A stretch of DNA of 64,000 nt from Lingula anatina (lineage: Eukaryota; Animalia; Brachiopoda): assembly GCA_051362555.1 (NCBI GenBank), contig CM120640.1, positions 1,798,001 to 1,862,000 on the forward strand, read 5' to 3'. The notes under the pieces were generated by a model. That model had not been told where the DNA came from. It saw only the letters and a program-made list of their open reading frames with translations, and searched no databases. Made by a program: the position numbers and the translations under genes. Below are positions 49,095-63,373 of the stretch, piece by piece. The stretch's first letter is position 1. Every line of letters begins with the position of its first letter.

Positions 49095-52000
49095 TCATCT
49101 TTTTCTTGTCTTGTATCGCTTCCATGCCCTCTGAATGACCTCAGCCGCATGTCTGGCTTTACGAATACGGGTCACACGGTCCTTCTGCTCTCTTGCCACT
49201 GACATGAATTTGTTTTCACGGTCTTGGTCAGGCAGGGCTTTAATCTTGGGATGGTATTCCTCCAAACATTCTTGAAACTCCACCAGTTTTGGTTTATTTT
49301 CAGCTGCCTGAACCCTGAAGTCTTTGCGAGCTGCAGGTCTTGGTGTAGGAATATCACTGTCATCCAAGCTCCTGATACCTACAATGTATAATACTTATCT
49401 TTTAAAGGAAGTATAGATCATAATAAATAATATCCTTAATTTTTAATGTAAGAAACAGAGGAGAAAATATAATTTTATTGCAAATAAATCTGGAGATCTG
49501 AGGAATTTGAATCAGTTTAATACATGTATATATGTGTAAATTGAAAATTTCAGTGTAATAAATCTTTCAATAACAGAAATGGAATAAAAGAGTTGGAATC
49601 CAATGGAAAGAAAATTGTGCATATGAGAGAGAAAGAAGAAGAAGAAGGGGGATAGATAACATATTTAGTAACGTATCACATTTGTGTGTCAGTATTTTGG
49701 CACATGACCAATCCTTGCTTACACCAGTTACTTTACATCAAATCACTCCCACATGCCTCAACATCACACATCAAGATGATCATTTCTAAATTTACATGCA
49801 TTGAACGGAAATAAACAGTCTTGTGACCATTCAAAGTGCAGCAAGTATGCCAGAGTTCAAGTAAAGTGTTGTTGTGGCTAACATTGGGGTTAATTATTGA
49901 CATGCTATGAAAATGCTTTGTCTTTTGCCTTTTTAGCATGAAGATAAATATCGAAAGACCTTTTAACCCTAACACGTGTGTGGTAATATACTTGTACAAG
50001 GTATACCCTTTAAGATTTAACTATCTGTCTTGATTTGAAGGTATTCTTGTGAAAAAATATCTGTAGAATTCCTCCCATTTCCATGGGAATAAATATAAAT
50101 AATTTATCTGTACAGATTAATTCATTTTCTAAAAAAAAAAATCTTTCAAGAAAAAAATTAAATTGTACAACACAGCGTTGAACCACATGTGTTCACAATA
50201 AACAGCTAAACACTGTACATGTGCAGCTCTTGGTGTACCACGTAAGGATACACTAATGGCACAGTGATACACTAGTAACTAAAACATAGACCGCATTCAG
50301 ATTCACACATTGTTGATCCAACAACTGCAGGGTATTCTAAAGTGCAATCAGTAGAATCAGCTTAATTTTCTGATACGCCTCCTCAAGTAACTAGGGGGTA
50401 ACTTACTATAAAGTGTAAAAATTGGACCAACCCAACTCGTATATAATATGTGAATCTGAATGTGCCCTTAGTGTGATGTTATAAATGTATCACCTACAAG
50501 GGGGGCAGAGTGGCATCTAGTTGAGCACTACTTGATTAATGATTAACTCACTGGGACTAAAATAATTTGTTATCCTGCTCCTTCAGAGTGAGGAAGGAAT
50601 GGGGTAAATATTGATCTTTTACTTTCAGACATACCTACTTTGTAAATGAATAATGAATGAAACATTGTTGATACTACCCCCCCCCCCCCCTTACTGGCGT
50701 ACATAGTGAACTAAAAAAAAAAATAGGGCAATAATCATTATGTACTTGTGCTTATTTATTATAAGGGTTATACCAGGCTTATTTCCAGGGGCAGTCATTT
50801 CTACTCACATATCATGAATAAAATGTACCATCACATGTGTAAACATGTGCCTTACACAACAAGGGCGCAGCTCTTTTTTTTTTTTTTTTTTTTTCATAAC
50901 ACGTAACTCTTAAAGACCATATTGTGGCGGTGGAACTGACATGTAAAATGACACCTCAACTTTGTAACACTGTGACTTGTAACACTGTGACTTGTAAATT
51001 GATCTTCCTTATTTGGATTTTTCAGTTACGGATCCAAAATGATCCACAAGCACAACATCCAGTGAAAATGTCGTAGGTTTCCTAATCTTCAAACTAGCTG
51101 AGCTATACTTTTGCAGAGAGGTAACATGGATCAAAGTACTATGCTAATGACACAAAAAATAGCACTCGACTTTGGTAAAAGCTATCAAGATTTGCACTAA
51201 CACATACCCTTGCGTATAAATTATAGCTGAGCTCTATCAAAAATAAATTTCATTATCTTCACTAGCTTGCTCTAATGGAGGTATAGATCTATAATTTAAA
51301 GCAGCATTGCTGTATAATCCATACAGCACCAGTTGAACAAGTGCCAAGAACCCTAGAAATTAGCACATGCAGCCAATGTCATCATATGGTGGTTTTCTAA
51401 ATTATATATTCAACTAGATCTCAATATGAACAATTTTACTCCAACATTTTAAAGAAAACGAATTAAAATCTTTTATTTAATCATAGTTCAAATTGGGTTA
51501 ATCTTGAAGCGTGAAATATTGGTGGCAGTTGAAATTGAATTTATGTAGCAGGGGTCTTTTACAAATTCACATCTGATACGTGTTTCCTTAGTTTACACAA
51601 TTAAGGAGGTTTATGCAGCTTTTCAACTTTAAAATATGCCTAAATACAAATTTATCTTTAAGATCAAGAGCATTGGATGTCTCAAAGCAATGAATCTGTA
51701 CCAAAACAAAATCCTAGTTTAGATTTAAATCAATAGCAATATTGCAGGCTCCCAAGTAGAAAAGGAAGTCCTGTGACCTTTCAATGACTGCATGGCTCAC
51801 ACTGTTGACTGTCTGAATTTAATTCCATTTAATGTTGATTTATGCAAGCTCAAGCATGGCCACAAACATGGCAAAGGTCAGAGATAATATCCAATACATA
51901 AATCATGGTCTGACATTAAATATTGTAGTACACAGTAGTCCTATCCATGTGACTGATTGCTTGAGGCGTTAGCTTAGACTTACTTAGGTATCATCTGCCA

Positions 52001-55000
52001 TGCTGCAGCAAACTCTTACACTGTGTGTGTGTGTGTGTGTGTGTGTGGGTGCATGTGTGTGTATGTGTGTGTGGGTGCATGTGTGTGTGCACATGTGTGC
52101 ACACGCTGGCGCACAGACCAACTCAGATTTCAGTGTGGTTGACAGTGTGGTGTGTTGGATAATAGTCTTGTAATATGCAATTTGCAATATATAGCTGGAG
52201 CAATATATAGCTGGAGCAAATTTTGTTAAAGTGAAATTTTACAGATATATGTTTGTGGATTTCAAAACAATTCAACTGGGGGTAAAATTCTAAAATATGT
52301 TAACATCACAGGAGAAATGGCCATTCTTTAACTTCTCTACAGATTTTGTCTCTTGTTTATTCTGCATCTTTGTTTATTTACGATATTAAATGTTTACCAA
52401 TAACTGATATCATCATTTCATAACAACCAGCCCTCATTCTCCAATATTAGTGAAACCAGGGAACAAGGTTCTACTGGCAGACTGCCAAGACTAAAAGATC
52501 ACACGTGTGACTGAAGTTCTGGGTCACGTTGTTCACTTTGAAAGGGGAATGGCTGTTTACTCAATACACATTTAGTCCAAGCCTATTTATATGGGTGAGA
52601 TCAGCTTCAGTTGAAAAAAATTCCATATAAAACCTTTTGCACTGACATGAAAGGATATTTAGAAGAAAAGGTTTCTGTAATAAACAGTTTCAAAAAAATA
52701 AATGAGATTTTGAACCCTGTAACTCATGTGAAAAGTACTTCATGTACTGACCTATGTGTACTAAACAGATGATCTCATTCCTAGTTTTTCCACAGATGAA
52801 TGAACACTTTCATGGCATGACCTATATTTGTACTATGTAAGTGCATAAAAGTCACACTTTCATCATTCTGTATTTAAACACAAGTTCACACATACCTGAG
52901 TGTCTCAATTTAGATGTAGATGGTGGCAATTCTGTCAAAAATTTTTCTAAGCTCTCTGAAATGGACTTGTTCTGCAAAATAGAAAGAGGCATTTATAATA
53001 ACTTAATAAGTTAAAAATGCTTTCAGATTTGAAAAATTATCTTCAAAATAAAAGAAAAGATTTTAACCAGCATAAGTAAAGCTATACCCATATTCTAATA
53101 ATTTGTATACAGATAGGTGGTGCTCACCTTAGCCTCTGGCCCCCAGGAGTTTCTACTGGGCGACGTCTCCCTTCTCTCTTTATTTCTGTCATTCTTTCTG
53201 CCTCTTTCTTTACCAGAGGCTGTCTTGTTATTGTTGTTTCTACTTGGCGACGCATCTTTGCTTCTACTCCATCCAGAAGATCTGCTTGGGGAATTACTGC
53301 TTCTGGAATTTTGAGCACGGCTTTTGGTGGGAGATACGATTTTTCTGTCTCTACTATCTGGAGATTCATTTCTTGAGCGACCCCGAGATCGTGCCGGACT
53401 TTTACTTTGAGAATTCATCTTGTCCCTTCTCCGTTCTGGTGATCGAGATTGGTGTTGCCCTCTGGGAGAGTTCGTATTGGCAAACTGATTATAGATGTCA
53501 CTAGTATATTGCGCATTCAACGCCTCTTTTCCAAGCATGGATGCCAAAGTCGAGTCAAAACTTTTAGAGGACAGTCCCATCTTTCTGGCATCAAAACTAG
53601 TATTTGTATTCTGCACATACTCACTGGGGGTGTATTTCTCAAATGATCTGTCATAGTCCTCAGCCTGAGATCTCTTAGAGGAACTACTCCCCATGTCTAA
53701 TCTGTCTAAATCAAATTTACTGAAATTAGCCCTCTTGCCATGCTTCTGTGCCTTGCGGAGAGCTTTGTAATACTGGGTACGGTATTTCTTACCATTCCTC
53801 TCTGGACTTCTACCAGACCTGCTACTCTCCTTGGAAGTGTTTGTGATTACTGAATCTTGGTCCCTGGATCTCTGCTGGTGAGTGTAAGTATTATCATTTG
53901 ATGGAGATTTGTGATGATTATTCTGATATTTAGCACTACTGTTACTTGGATGGGATGTAGTTTTCTGGAATGGTGAGGATGTGATGAACTGGCCTGAGTA
54001 CTGAGCTAGTGGATCAGTTGAGGATGCAATGGAATCAAAGTCAGAAAACTGAGACATTGCCCTGCCTTGTATGCCTGACATATTATCAAAGTTCATACTC
54101 CTTTCTGGAGATTTATACCTATAAGCAGACTCCCACTTATCAGTCGACTTTCCTCCACTTTTATTGTGTCTCTCAGGGTTTAAAATAAATATATTTTTCC
54201 TGGGATCTCTCGGAGTCTTCTGAACATCTCGTGGGGATACTGAACCATCTCTCGTATGATTAGGCTTATGTCTGTCATTTATACTTTCACTCATAGATGC
54301 ATCATTTTCAAGGTCTAAAATATTAATCTTTGGTACTGCTGGATGACTGCTGATTGGACTAAATTCACGTTGCCTTGGAGATTCATGTTCTGGCACCTCA
54401 GGAGTTGGAGGCAATAACTCTCCAAAAGCGTACCTCATCTTTGGTTTCAGCACCGTTGGGGTCGAGGAATCTCTACTTTCCTGGTAAGACACTGAGGTAT
54501 CTTGACTATCTGAATAGGAAGACATATTGGTGGTCGGACGGTCATTCACAGATCCTAGAAGTGAGTTAGTGTCCACACTTTGACCAGTCTTGTCTGGAGA
54601 GCTTATACTATCAGAACTTTCAAAGCTGTAATTGCCCAGCTTGGCTTGTTTTAATCTTTCTTTGAATTCCTGCAGTTTCTGCCTTGTGGAAACTTCCTTA
54701 ACTTCTAGCTGCTTGCTCAAAGAAAGAACACGGCTCTTCTCAATCTTTGATTGCAGCTGAAATAATAAAAAAAGTTGAATATATCAATATATGAATGCAC
54801 TTCAATTCTAAAAATCAATAAAAGAAATTGTAAGCAAAGAAAGAAAACTGTATTTTACTTCCTTTACAATACACAGAAAAACTGTTGTCTGGCAAAGGTT
54901 ACAATATGAATGCATTTTAATTCTAAAAATCAAATTTTTTGGAACATGTAAATTCTTTAGATCTCAATTTTCAACAAGGTTCTGGGTCCTACGTTCTTAT

Positions 55001-58000
55001 CATACCTTTTCCTGATCTTTATCCTGTTGAGACAGCATATCCAAAACTTGTCTGGAGTTGAGCTTGCCATCTCTTTTCACATACTGCTGAAACTTTTCCT
55101 CCAAACTGCTGCCTACTCTGCGAGGGCTTTCTGTCCTTGCAGAATTGTGAAGAGCCTCTTTCTGAGACTTATAAGCCTCTTGGATTTCCAACTTCTGCTG
55201 CCTGATTATTTTCAGTCTGCTGTCTAACTTTGCCTTTAAATTAAATATATGAAATTAACATGTTAAATAATCTGAAGAATAGTCACAAATAATTACCCAA
55301 AGATTTCAATTACGTTTGTAATGCTTACAAAGTCTCCAACAAAAATATCTTACACAATCCAGTGTAATAATCATATTATATATCAGAATTCATACAAAGC
55401 ATGTACTATACCTCTCTTTTCCTGAGTTGTCTTTCCACCAGTTTCTCCTGAGCCAGTAGCTCTGGGTCTGCGCGGCTTTGCTTCAGCTGGATGAGGTAAG
55501 ATTGCTGGTTTGACACCTGAGTTCTGGTGGCCTCCAGTTTATTGCTGAGAGAAATAACAGAATAACAGATAATGTAGTTAAATCTCAAACTATTCAGGCC
55601 CGCAGCTGGAGGGGGATTCAGGGGTGTTTAAACAAACTGCTCTTTTTGCTTGGAAAAGTTTGAAATTGCTGGTTACAGGCCTGCCATTGAAAAATACTTT
55701 GCTTAAACATTAATGAATAAAGTTTAAAAAAATAAATGTATAAAAACTACAAATTTACAAACTTTAAATTTCTAGTTGTTTCTGGTACTTGTAGTCAATG
55801 GAATTTGATTTATTATAACAACCCTCTTAAACAACTAAAATTTACAAGCATATATCATTGCAGTAGATGCCATATTTGATGATCAGATCTCAACACAGTA
55901 TTCAGAGCACATTCACAACTACTGCATTCACAGCCAAATCAATACCAACCGATGTCATAGACATGCTTCAAATGTTATACATACCTTAACTCCTTCTCAA
56001 TCAGTTCTAACTGCTGCTCTTTGATGGAGGCCTGGAATTCTATCAAGTGGTGCTGCTGCTCCAGCTGGTCCTCAAATGTCTTCTCAACTTTCTTGTTCAG
56101 TTTTTTAATCTCTTTCTCTTTCTTTCTTTCAAATGGAGACTTGTATGTCTCTGGTGTTTTCCTAGGTTTGCTGTCTATGGTGTCTGAGTTCCTGGGAGAG
56201 GATGCTGAGGGAGTGGGCTTGACTGGGAAAGAAACAAGAGATTATCACTTGATTCCAACTTTGCTTGAAAATATTCATGACATGTAAGTGTTAAGCAGAA
56301 TTTTTTTAAGAATCAAAATATATATTTTGGTGAGCAGCCACGAGTGAGACCAAAAAGACTGGATATCATTCCAACAATTTTAATTGAAAAAGCAAAATTT
56401 GATCTAGGAATCTTAAGTTGGAATTTGATATTATACATCACTAAAGTAGCTTCAATACAAATACAATCACATAATTACCCAAGTTGTTCATCATAGGGTC
56501 CCTGTAGATATCTATATAGTCCATGTCTGTTGGCCTCTCATAGGCTGTGGCTGGTCTGGCCAGCTGGTCATCAGATACTGCCCGCTGCATCTTGGACACG
56601 GCTGGGCTGCTGAATGGCCTGTTAAATATGATATAATTATAAAACAGGGTCAATATAAGGAATGAAGATGTACAACAAAACTGTAGCAGAGTTTGTTCCA
56701 TGTCTGAAATACTCAGAGCCAGTTCCAAGTACAGTTTCAAGAAATAATTTATTCTGTTTCATTGCCTACTGATACTAAGCACTACTGCATACAATTCTTA
56801 AAAGCACTGACGTCTAAGTTTTGTACCTCAAAGCATGGCTACTCTCCATTACAAAGTCATTAATAACATGCCCATCACCCGGTGTCTGAAATCTATAACT
56901 TCTATTTAAAAATTCTAGGAGGGATTTTGTTTAAAAAATTCATATCTTTGTACAATATCAACTGTTTATTTGAATGTGCAGAAGCATGTATTACAATGTA
57001 CCGACCTACCAGATCTCAGAGTAGGAAAAGCACTATACTATCAAGCTTTGAAAATCAGAACTAACTTGAATATTAAGACCTCCACCAGGGGTTTATATAC
57101 TATGAGAGCATCAGGTGGCATCACAGAACATGAGTAGAAATTAAGTCATGAAATTGATATGTCTGTGATCATAACATTATGAATATGATATCACATCACA
57201 AAAGGTGATTTGTTCCAAATCAGATATCTTATGGGATCATAACAGTGTGCTTAAACTGCTGTGCTCAAAGACAGTGAGAGTTAAAAAACTGACAAAATAT
57301 CAGAGTGATGTTTTCAATGCCATACTTCTTTCAGTCAGCTGCAGTGCAATGTGATATCAATTGCCAAACTTTTTTGTAGGTTTTTTCAAAACAAATGATT
57401 CAGATGTTAGTAGTTGGCAAGACTGCAATACAGACTGGATTTTTCCGATCTATTTTTTTCTCTTTTTAAAAATCACATATTCTTTAAGTGTCAAAAATTA
57501 TTATGTTCAATATCAAATTCTTGTCACAAAACATCAAGGCCAAACTGACTGTGACTGTGCTTATGTGACACTGCAAGTAATTAATTCTTATTCTGTTAAT
57601 AATGAAATCATATAATATGCTTTTGAGAGAAGGTGGATAAAAATTCACCATTAGGAATGCAAGCATTACATATAAAATGTGAAAATGATAAAATGTGAAG
57701 CTAATGAAAATGTGAAGCTGCTACACTGTCAAGCAGGAAGTGACAAGCATTATATTGGTTGGCTGAAAGCAAGTATTATAACACATATGAGGCATATCCT
57801 GGGGAAATTACTACAGGTGATAGAATTATATGAAACTCTCTATTTTGAAGTTTAATCTAAAAGAGCCTGGGGGCTAACATTCTAAACACAAGTACTCTGA
57901 GGTAGAGGTTTACAGCTTCAGATGACCTTGAATCAACAAGGTAACTCAGGGAATGAGTTCAGTTTTTCAAGATATAAAATAAGCTGACAGATAACTATCA

Positions 58001-61000
58001 GTCAATATTTGGGATACTATTGGAATCTATTTTATGATTTAGAAAGATATATAGGGATGTATTCTAGGATGACCTCAGATGTGCTAGGTAAAACAGTAAA
58101 AGAGTAAGTATGCAATCTGTGAGGAGCCTTCTCCACTCTGCACTAACCCAGCAAATCTAATCTTGTTGCTGTAATAGAGAAAAAATAAACAAAATACATT
58201 CTTAGAAACTTAGTGTCTCAAATCAGATCTTTTATAGCATAATCTTCTCTGAAATTAAATGATATGACATGTGGCAAATGAAATTATTGAGGCATGAAAT
58301 TATTGCTGCAAATACACAGAAGTTATAAACGCTTTGTTTTCTTACAGTGTAATATTAAAAGCATTAAGTAAAATATAAAGCAAAATAAATTGTCACAATG
58401 ATGCCACTTCACAAACATTTAGCTCAACCGTTCCTGATCATGATCATAGTCCAAGGCCAGATGCCAGAGAAGACAAAACAAGTAAACTAGTAGAAACTTA
58501 AAATCAAACCAGCAAACCTCATATACTTAAATTATGTCTTAAAAGCACAGAAGTTATATTAATCATAAGCCAATCTCTCTCTGCAAAAAGATGTTTTGCC
58601 TATTCACCTCCAAATATATTTGTCAACAAACATAGAAGTTCTATTCACATATTTATTCATACACTCCTTTATGTATCTATAATTCCTGTACCTTGGCTCC
58701 TTCTCCGCCTGTCCTGGCATAGTCTCGTCAAACCCACTGGTCGCTGTACTGATCCCTGAGGTGTTGGAGATGGGCCGACTCTTCACCTCCTCTGACAGGC
58801 TGACCCCGGTCCCATTATTCTGACCACCAGCATATTTCTTCATGATCATCTCCTTAAGGATGCGCAGACATTCCCGGAACTTGAAGGGATCTGTGACACC
58901 TATTTGTGATGTACATAAGTTATGTTATAATACCCAAACAAAGTACAGAAAACTTTAATGCAATTTTTTTATCTAAGCTGATATCTATGGAAATTGGCTT
59001 TAAAGATCATTACATACATAACTACTAGTGTATAAAGATGGCAATTTCATGTCAAGTACCTCTAGCATTCCTAATAAATTATAAAATTTTCACCACCTAG
59101 CTGTTAAATGTAATCCTACCAGTTAATATAACAATCAACTGAAAGTGCACGGAGACAAGGATAGATGCAGATGATGGCAATATGTACATACAAAATGTGT
59201 CTGTACATAAAAAGTGATATTATCCATACCTGCAGTGACAGGGTCCTTCACTTTCCCCACTATGTACTGCTGCATCAGCCGACTACAGGTAATCTTGTCT
59301 TCGTCTGTCAGTTTCTCCATCATGGCAGCCAGCGTCTCACCGTCCATGCTCTGGTACTAAACAGAACCACAACATGGAACAGCAGTTATTTTGAAAATCA
59401 GCTTTAAGCTATACCTCCAATTTGTCATGATAAATGTGCAGTGAAGTAAATGTAGTTATGTGAGTTCTGTGTTTATCAGTGTATACACATTTAATGTGCT
59501 GAAGCATTATGCTTCAACCCCAGCACTAGTATATCATAAATTATTAAGCGACCCCACTCTCGCAAAGAATAACAAACTATATTTATAGCTTCAACATTAT
59601 TACTAGTATGCTCACCGAGGGCATCCAACATAATCATCACAAAACGGTTATGGATTTAAAAGCAATTGGCATTGCAGTATCAATGTAATAAAAAGATAAA
59701 AGGATTATCCAGTCTAATCCTCGACTGGAAAAGTTAGCATAAACTGATAAAGCTTTTCACCAACAAATGCCTCTGACTAATAAAACCACTGATTTGAAAG
59801 ATGTGGTAGTAAATCAGAAAGTATCCATCAAAACAGTAGTCACAAAAACAAGACTTAGGCTCCGTTCACATGACAAGTCTATTTTCTAAAAATCTTTTTT
59901 CTATTCGCGGTATCTTGTGATCACGGTCTGTGCCCTGAATACCACACGGCGTAATTTCTGGCAGCGCGAGCCAGTTACTTCCAAAGCTGTAATTAATTCT
60001 CGGCTGCGCTCGGAGTGATCATAGGATACCGCAAATAGAAAATAGATTTTTAGAAAATAGACTTTTCATGTGAACGGAGTCTTAAATCTTCTAGACAGTT
60101 AATCCCATTATAACATTTTTCACCATCAACTATTTACTAATTGAATCGATAATGATATAATTTTCTTTATATCAACTTACCTGTAAGGCCTTTAAGTTTG
60201 CTACCTCTGCTTCAAGTTCTGCTATTCTTTTCCTTAATCTTTGGATCATGGATTTGTCATCTATCTCTTCATTTTTCCTAGAAAAAAGGTAAAGTATTAC
60301 AATGTCTCATGGTTCAAACTTATACAATATGCACACCTTACTCAAACAGACTCCTTGCAAACTCAGTGCATACAAAACCAAATGTACATTTTCAAATTTA
60401 AAAAATGTTAATAAAAATATTTAATTACAGCCAACTAAGTGCTTATATTAATTGTTTATTAAAAGAAATAAATATACTTACTTAGCATTATTGGCAATAC
60501 AAGCCACCCTCTGAGCAAATCTACAGGTAGAGATGGTCTCGCCCAGGTTCTCTTCCTCCATAGACAGCGTAGCTATCATTACAGTTAGACAGTTACCACC
60601 TGGGATAGAAGGTAGAATACATTTGATCTATTTGAACTAATCATTAAATAATGTACAATTAATTGCGTTAATGGCTTCTTTCGCTTTTGAATAGTAAGTA
60701 CACAGTTATGCAAGCAGTATTTTTCAATTCTTATTATTTATAATTATAATAAAAATAATACTGTTAACAAGCATCTGCAACACTGTAATGGTAAGGAGAT
60801 TTTAACTATCCATACTTCCAAATATAATAACAGAGAAGTGTATTTTAAAATATATTGCAATACATAAAAAAACATACACATGAACGCACACACATGCAAA
60901 CACATATTTCAACAATTATACTTGTAGTTGTGGTAACAGAGCGAGAACCTACCCAGACTGTCTCTCAGCATCATAGTGAGTAGAGAGTTTCTATAAGGAA

Positions 61001-61071
61001 CATGTGTAGAATATCTGCCATCAGAGGTACTGGGTCTGCCTCCATAGCCACTGTAGATACTGCCAACCCAG
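49095..61071 (-). CDS. Kinesin-9 family (KIF6-like) motor protein, 3' part; 5' exons lie beyond the window end
   Basis: Exons 60953-61071, ~60482-60599 and ~60181-60276 give HVPYRNSLLTMMLRDSLG|GNCLTVMIATLSMEEENLGETISTCRFAQRVACIANNAK|KNEEIDDKSMIQRLRKRIAELEAEV (end of motor, neck, coiled coil). The CRFAQRVA..NEE signature is KIF6/KIF9-like. Coiled-coil exons follow, then a ~1.6-kb Ser/Arg-rich exon (~53128-54756) and a last exon ending HAAEVIQRAWKRYKTRKR*. Confidence 0.88.
50289..50467. mobile_element. Short MITE-like element
   Basis: CATTCAGATTCACA(C/T)ATT is present in inverted orientation at both ends, with ATA and TTA flanks. Confidence 0.6.
52022..52105. repeat. Imperfect (TG)n microsatellite
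   Basis: TG runs in a kinesin intron. Confidence 0.9.
55595..55683. mobile_element. Degenerate short MITE (family B)
   Basis: Termini CAGGCCCGCAGCTGG and CTGGTTACAGGCCTG resemble those of 63374-63560. Confidence 0.5.
59858..60081. mobile_element. Palindromic MITE, Harbinger/Tourist-like (family A, copy 2)
   Basis: GGCTCCGTTCACATG...CATGTGAACGGAGTC with TTA on both sides. The left arm is clearly homologous to 33392-33520 (GATCACGGTCTGTGC.CTGAATA, CTGGCAGCGCGAGCCAGTTACT). Confidence 0.9.
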
Positions 61072-61127
61072 CTGGAAAGGGGGAGGTTATAATGCCTTAG
61101 AGAATATAGAGGATGATACAGATAGTA

Positions 61128-61185
61128 CTGTGTGTGTGTGTGTGTGTGTGTGCGTGTGTGTGTGTGTACGAGCAAGTGTGTGTGT
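61128..61185. repeat. (TG)n microsatellite
   Basis: TG run in a kinesin intron. Confidence 0.9.
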
Positions 61186-63373
61186 AATATAAGTTAAATG
61201 TCTGTATGATAAAAAACATGACAGAAAAGAAATTTAATGTAATATGTATGTGTAACTGAATTATGATGAATTTTAAGGAGGAATTTTAAAATTGCATTAA
61301 TTTCTGTTTGACTTCAAACCTTGTAAGAACATTTCTTAAGGTTAAGATTTTATTGATTTTTTAAACCAGTAGAACTGTAATATCTGGCTTAGCAACACAG
61401 ATATATAACATAAAAGAGCTGAAGTTCAATTCAAGTGCATGAACATAACAAAGAGGAGTTTCAGGTCAATCAATAGCCAAAGACCTCAAGACTAAAACAA
61501 ATATAAGACAAAATGAGCAGCAATGTCAAATATTTTCACAAATCCTTCATGCTGTTTGTCTGCCTTCATAACGTAATGTCCTGTTTAAATACTACAGACC
61601 AGAGCTTCTATAATAACCATGCACAGCCCAATATCACTATTTGCAGACCTTTAGAATACAATAATAGTTTTCACTATCGGTGATTATTCATGTGAGAAAT
61701 CATAGAAGAGTTCATTGAAAGGAAATCAATCAGCTCAATGGCCCCAGTGCCTCCAGACTAGAACAGGTGTTTAATACTAAATGCAAGTAAACACATTTGT
61801 TTTGAGAGAAATCAGCCGGGGTAAAAATATGGATACAGTATTAAGTAGGCATTAAATGAAAGTCCATAATACACTGACTGGGGGACATAACTGAATTAGA
61901 ATACTTCATACTGAATCAAGTGGCCTCCTTGGTTTAATATATTGATGTTCAAGTTTACTTCATACAGCTTATGGGACATAGCACAAAAATCTAAACATCC
62001 AAGATAACTCCATGTATTGAGTGACCCCAAGAGAAAAAAATGTTATTCTTACACAACAGTTCACAAAATCAGTGCAAAAGAATTGCACTGTGCAAAACAA
62101 TGATTTATAATTCTTATAACTCCACACAAAATGTTCACCAAACAGAAATGAAAACAGCAAGGGTGAAAAATTAAAATCAACGTACTAGTGAACATTAACA
62201 GGAAATACAATATTTTGCAATAAAACAACATCAAAATTGAGTGAGATGTCCAACCACTCCTCTCACATCCTCACCGCTTGTTTACAGGTGCTGATCTATA
62301 AGACAGCAAACCACAATTATCTTAAAAATGTACTTTTTATCATGAGTCAGTATATATTTTAGAAGAATCTGCCAACATATTGTTTAAAATATAGACTACA
62401 TAATTTCAATGTACCAGTTTCTCAGTATTATGCTAATGCAAATATTAAAACACCTGTTTTTGGTCAAACATATATATACAAGATTAAACACCAAGCTTAA
62501 ACAATGAAAGCATTATAACTAAGATATAACATATATAAATATAAACAATTATAAAAATGGTTAATGTGAATTATATGTGAATAATATAGATTATTGAACA
62601 CTTGTTGACAAAGCACTCAAAGATACACAAATAGAACCAAAATTTGTATAGCTTTTCCTTGTCTTTATTCTCCCAAAAAAAGTTGGTTAAAACATTATTA
62701 TTAGTAGTCTGAGATTAATAAAAGTTAAAATATTTTTCATCAGATCAAAATTTCACATCAGGTTATGGATCTTATATAAATAGATATAAATGATAAGAAA
62801 TTAATATAAATTCAAAAGCCAGACATAAACACCAGATGCACCTCTAGCTCTTATTGGGATATCTCTAGCTCCATGCTGGCAGGTTTATTAGGTAAGTTAC
62901 ACCTGGCGCGAGCTGAAGCACATCTAGCTTTGGTAATATAATTAACAAAAGGGCGCATGGCATCCCAGAGCCCAAATCTGTGCTTACTATATGTACTCAG
63001 AAAATTTTACTTATCCTAGTCTGAAGTTCAGAAATTTAATTTCAGCCCAATGTTTCCTGGAGCATTTTTCGTAGCTTTTCCATATGTCATTTTTATTTAT
63101 TTTTTTCTGTAAAAAATGACAAAATGTACATTGCACAGATTTCAGTCAAATATTTTCCCAATTTTTCTAGACTCAAGTAGTAAGCACAGTGGTCTCAAGC
63201 AGACGAATGAGAAAGTTATAAATTAATAAAATGATTAAGGTTAAACATAAATGTGACTGACAACCAGTAGGCATTAATACCTGGCATTCCTACTCTTCCT
63301 TGGAGAGGTGTAGGGGTGACTAGAAACAAACAGTGGGTCAGTGTGGTCAGTGGTCAAATGACACAAATCAAAC

